From assembly GCA_048882485.1 (NCBI GenBank), contig JBHLRP010000027.1:1-41540 (forward strand): a stretch of 41,540 bases of DNA, given 5' to 3'. The notes beneath the pieces are model-generated. The model was not told where the DNA came from. It saw nothing but the letters and a program-made list of their open reading frames with translations, and ran no database searches. How positions within the stretch are numbered: position 1 is the first letter of the stretch; each line of letters begins with the position of its first letter. Made by a program: the position numbers and the translations under genes. The stretch comes from Candidatus Thorarchaeota archaeon. GTDB taxonomy: Archaea; Asgardarchaeota; Thorarchaeia; Thorarchaeales; Thorarchaeaceae. Positions 38,099-41,540 of the stretch are shown in pieces.

Positions 38099-38698
38099 TC
38101 AAACAGAGAGCTTGGCTGCAAGCTCGTCGCAGTAGAGGTCAACCATTCCTTGGACTCGTTGCTGAGTCGCTTCGGAAGCATAGAGAGTTGTCAAGAACCT
38201 GAGCAAGCAGAGATTATGGAGCATCGACACGGTCGAATCATTTCTGGAAAAGAAGTCAGATATTCTCTCATCGACAATGGCTTTGGCGTCATTCGTTCCC
38301 ATTCGCTCTATTGCAGCTCGCTTAGTCTCAGCGATGCACGCTTCAAACTCTCTAATCTGAAGCGCTGTCCTAATGGGCCCAATAAGGAAGTTGGCAGCTA
38401 GTTCATCTGTGAGGTTGTGGCTTCCCAATTCTCGAATGCTATCATTGAACTCAAGAATGACCGGCTCAACGTCGTATGGGACCCTTTCTGCCACTGATTC
38501 TAGAAATGCAACATACTCCTTTGTTCTAATGAGATGAAGATGACGCCTAAACTCCTCTTCAAATGCGGCTACTACAGGTCCAATACCTTGAATGGAGAGA
38601 CAGTCCTTTTTATCACGGCTGTAGAGAACATCCTCCTCCTCAGAATAGAACTGGAGATGGATTAAGTACTTTACCATCAACTCCAGTTGGTCTGTCAT
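38099..38698 (-). CDS. Hypothetical protein (helical)
   Basis: About 199 aa from ATG 38698 with GGTGA SD; no recognised motif. Confidence 0.72.
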   Translation of the reverse strand: MTDQLELMVKYLIHLQFYSEEEDVLYSRDKKDCLSIQGIGPVVAAFEEEFRRHLHLIRTKEYVAFLESVAERVPYDVEPVILEFNDSIRELGSHNLTDELAANFLIGPIRTALQIREFEACIAETKRAAIERMGTNDAKAIVDERISDFFSRNDSTVSMLHNLCLLRFLTTLYASEATQQRVQGMVDLYCDELAAKLSV

Positions 38699-38758
38699 CT
38701 TTTCACCGCAAATTCTCACTCCACAATTTCGCATATAGCACTAATTCGGAGGTGCATT

Positions 38759-38796
38759 AAAAAAAGAAGAAAGGGGGTAGAACCGAAGTTCTACCC
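38759..38796 (-). terminator. cUUCGg hairpin plus poly-U terminator after the transcarbamylase
   Basis: Minus strand reads GGGTAGAAC-TTCG-GTTCTACCC then CCTTTCTTCTTTTTTT. Confidence 0.75.
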
Positions 38797-38800
38797 AAGA

Positions 38801-39856
38801 CTATTTCATAGTCAAAGCCATTACTGCTTTCTGACCATGGAGTCGATTCTCAGCTTGGTCGAATGCAATTGACTGTGGGCCATCAAGCACAGAGTTTGTA
38901 ACTTCAAAGCCTCTGTCTGCTGGAAGGCAGTGCATATACAACGCCTTGGGTCCAGCGATTTTCATCTTATTGTCGTCACAGATCCAATGTTTGTTCTTGT
39001 CGAAGACCTCTTGTGATTTCTCAAGTTCTGGTTTGTCATTGAATGGCGGGATGAACTCCTTACATGTCCATGCCTTTGGATATACAACGTGAGCACCCTC
39101 GAATGCCTCCTCCATGTCATACATGATTTCGAAGCTTGAGTTGTTCTCCTCTGCCATCACCTTGCATTGGTCCAGGATTTTGTCATCTAGCTCCATGCCC
39201 TTTGGATGCGCGAGAACCGTATCACAGCCCATCTTGGTGGCGGCAATGATTGCGCTTTGAGGAACTGCCAGAGGCTTGTGTACTGAGGGAGAGTAAGCCC
39301 AGCTCATGACGAACTTCACATCCTTGAATTTCCCAAACTTCTCCTTTACCGTCATAACATCTGCCAAGCCCTGACAGGGGTGATAGATGTCGTCCTCCAT
39401 ATTGATAATTGGTATATGACTCCAGTATGCGAAGTTATTCAGAATCTCATTAGCCCGGCCATATATCCAGCCTACAGGGTCCCCATAGCACCGAATTGCT
39501 ATCGCATGTCCCATTCTTGCTAGAACACGAGCAACATCTGAAACGCGTTCTGTGGAATAGGCCTTCTCATCGCCCTCAAGTGCCGGAGCATAAATCTTGC
39601 CTGGGTCAAGGAAGTGAGCATGTCCTCCTAGCTGTGTCATCCCGGCCTCGAATGAGTTCCGAGTTCGCAGGCTCTGGTTGTAGAAGATCATAAACAGCGT
39701 CTTAGCATCAAGAAGCTTATGGGGCTCTCCCATAGCAAACTTCCGCTTGAGGTCTAGAGCGACATCTATGATGGTTTCCATCTCTTCCTTGGTATAGTCA
39801 AGAAGAGTAATGAAGTCTTTACCGCGAAAAGTCTCTGTCTTAACCATAATGGTCAC
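38801..39856 (-). CDS. Transcarbamylase, YgeW/N-acetylornithine (knotted) group
   Basis: FYNQSLRTRNSF, HPCQ, SWAYSPSVHKPLAVPQS, VVYPKAW, HCLPADRG.EV and AENRLH; GAGGT SD. Confidence 0.9.
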   Translation of the reverse strand: MTIMVKTETFRGKDFITLLDYTKEEMETIIDVALDLKRKFAMGEPHKLLDAKTLFMIFYNQSLRTRNSFEAGMTQLGGHAHFLDPGKIYAPALEGDEKAYSTERVSDVARVLARMGHAIAIRCYGDPVGWIYGRANEILNNFAYWSHIPIINMEDDIYHPCQGLADVMTVKEKFGKFKDVKFVMSWAYSPSVHKPLAVPQSAIIAATKMGCDTVLAHPKGMELDDKILDQCKVMAEENNSSFEIMYDMEEAFEGAHVVYPKAWTCKEFIPPFNDKPELEKSQEVFDKNKHWICDDNKMKIAGPKALYMHCLPADRGFEVTNSVLDGPQSIAFDQAENRLHGQKAVMALTMK

Positions 39857-39969
39857 AACCTCGTAGTTCGCATTGCACCTTGCAGAAAAAGTTTGCCCAC
39901 TACGTTAAAGAATCACAATAGATTTTATCTGTGAAGAAATTCAATACAAGTCAGCAAGGCGGGAGAGAT

Positions 39970-41184
39970 ATGAATAGAACCCTCAGTGCATTCCTAATAT
40001 TGTGCATAATGTCCATCTTAGCCATTATTCACCCAGCAGGTTGTAGTCCAGATGTTTCTGCACCTAATACATTTCAAGTGAAATCACAGATTGTTGATCA
40101 CGAGCCCATTTTAATTGGAAACGATTCCGATTTCCAAACGCAGGATTGGCCGGGTTCAGGGACTCATGGCGATCCATATCGAATCGAGGATGTGAGAATA
40201 GCATCTACAAGTTGCATTCTCATCGGGAACACGAGCGTTTACTTTCTCATATTGAATTGCGTTCTTATCAATTCCAATGAGTCATATTGGCATGCTACAG
40301 GAATTGAATTTGAAAACGTAACTCATGGATTGGTGGAATTCTGCAATATAACGGGATTTGGAGAAGGGTATACTACTGGAAGAGGAATCATGCTTACAGA
40401 TTCAAATTACTGTGATTTGGTCAGAAATACGATTACAGATTGTGGATTAGGTATTGGTATTCTCCGCTCAAATCACACATTAATCGAGGACAATATCGTT
40501 GAGGCGGATTGGTCTTGCATCAATTCGGGTGTGGAACCCATATCCACGGATGTCATTGTCAAGGGAAACCTATTTACTGAGAAATACTTCGAAGATGGCA
40601 TTGACTTGATGCTGAGCGGTTCGAACTGGCAATTTGAAAACAATGTCTTTGGAGGAGCAGGGTATTCGATGAGCTCAACCTACATTATGCTCTTCAATAG
40701 TCAAATCATCAATAATGACATTTCAAAACTCAATGTAGAACTCAGATATTGCGAAAAAGTTGTTGTATCCTCGAATAGCATAACTGATGCCGTTTATTAT
40801 GGACTCAACCTTATTTGGTGTTCCGAGATTTCTGTTATCCACAACGTGTTTGAAGGTAGTTTTACTGGATTGGGACTAGCAAGAACGAATCATTGTATCA
40901 TCTACAACAACACGTTTGACAACTATGATGAGAATGCTCATGACGAACGGGGTTTCAACAATATTTGGGACGACGGTATTAGTCTTGGTAATGTCTGGAG
41001 TGATTACAATGGTAGTACAGAAGTCTATGAGATACCCGGTTCATCTGGAAGTATTGACAGATATCCAAGAATGCTAGCAACTGGAAATGGTATGTCGATA
41101 TCTTCAGAGATTCCAATTATCATGGGCATAGTAGGAGTGGTTGTTGGGGTCGTTCTTCTCATTCTGAAAAGGAGAAGGGGATGA
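39970..41184 (+). CDS. Cell-surface right-handed parallel beta-helix (NosD/pectin-lyase-like repeat) protein with C-terminal TM anchor
   Basis: Signal peptide, H.PI.I.ND.DF..WPGSGT..DPYRIE, repeated N-rich beta-helix units, GNVWSDY...DRYP and TM plus KRRRG. Confidence 0.85.
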   Translation: MNRTLSAFLILCIMSILAIIHPAGCSPDVSAPNTFQVKSQIVDHEPILIGNDSDFQTQDWPGSGTHGDPYRIEDVRIASTSCILIGNTSVYFLILNCVLINSNESYWHATGIEFENVTHGLVEFCNITGFGEGYTTGRGIMLTDSNYCDLVRNTITDCGLGIGILRSNHTLIEDNIVEADWSCINSGVEPISTDVIVKGNLFTEKYFEDGIDLMLSGSNWQFENNVFGGAGYSMSSTYIMLFNSQIINNDISKLNVELRYCEKVVVSSNSITDAVYYGLNLIWCSEISVIHNVFEGSFTGLGLARTNHCIIYNNTFDNYDENAHDERGFNNIWDDGISLGNVWSDYNGSTEVYEIPGSSGSIDRYPRMLATGNGMSISSEIPIIMGIVGVVVGVVLLILKRRRG

Positions 41185-41283
41185 AGGACGAACTCTCTGC
41201 AATACGATGCTAGGTTTCTCCTAACCCTTAAGTGTCACCCTGTACAACATGTTTGAATACGATTCTACAAGGTTGGAGAGCGA

Positions 41284-41540
41284 ATGAGGAAAAGAAAAGC
41301 AATCAACCTAGTCCTCTCCCTCATTGGCCCAATAGCACTGATCGTCATACTAACAATGCCTATTGGTCCTTTGGCGGGAGGACTTCAGATAATTGCCCCG
41401 ACTGGAGGCATCTTCGATGTTGGTATTGGTGTAAACCAACCAGAAATGCAGACAGTTAGATTACCTGGGCTGGATGCAAATGTTGTAGTATTGCAGGACC
41501 AATGGGGAATCCCCCATGTCTATGGAGATACTGTGGAAGA
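41284..41540 (+). CDS. Penicillin acylase family (peptidase S45) protein, 3' truncated by window edge
   Basis: My translation from ATG 41284: MRKRKAINLVLSLIGPIALIVILTMP...LPGLDANVVVLQDQWGIPHVYGDTVE. DxWGIPHxY is the family hallmark; absent from the ORF track because there is no stop in the window. Confidence 0.85.
   Translation, partial: MRKRKAINLVLSLIGPIALIVILTMPIGPLAGGLQIIAPTGGIFDVGIGVNQPEMQTVRLPGLDANVVVLQDQWGIPHVYGDTVE

Noticed and set aside
41232-41459. 75-aa ORF in the track
   Set aside because: Out-of-frame shadow of the penicillin-acylase-family gene starting at 41284.
1-41540. CRISPR arrays, transposases, integrases, rRNA and defence systems
   Set aside because: No regularly spaced direct repeats or diagnostic motifs were seen on either strand.

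Overview
A gene-dense archaeal window, most likely from an Asgard archaeon of the Thorarchaeota type. This assignment is inferred from a 7TM-longin fusion, a C-terminally anchored NosD/beta-helix surface protein and membrane-anchored solute-binding proteins. It holds two complete Dpp/Opp peptide ABC systems (1.6-8.0 kb; 29.7-36.7 kb), two stand-alone degenerate DppD-like ATPases and two MFS transporters. Enzymes include a bacterial-type class I GAPDH, an atypical citrate-synthase-family protein, a DHDPS-family aldolase, an Ntn cysteine hydrolase, a class III aminotransferase, DinB and DUF362 Fe-S proteins, a GNAT-like protein and two non-OTC (AOTCase/YgeW-like) transcarbamylases. There are several Zn-ribbon and membrane hypotheticals, and partial serine-hydrolase and penicillin-acylase genes at the edges. 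The best leads are: (i) a circularly permuted family-5 solute-binding protein (1609-3381); (ii) a ~320-nt non-coding stretch of back-to-back hairpins ending in a minihelix plus ACCA (37755-38069); (iii) two divergent transcarbamylases of unknown substrate, one next to a GNAT-like gene; (iv) a pair of orphan, degenerate ABC ATPases sharing an insertion site. No CRISPR array, rRNA, canonical tRNA or transposase was recognised. All calls come from reading motifs by eye; no searches were run.
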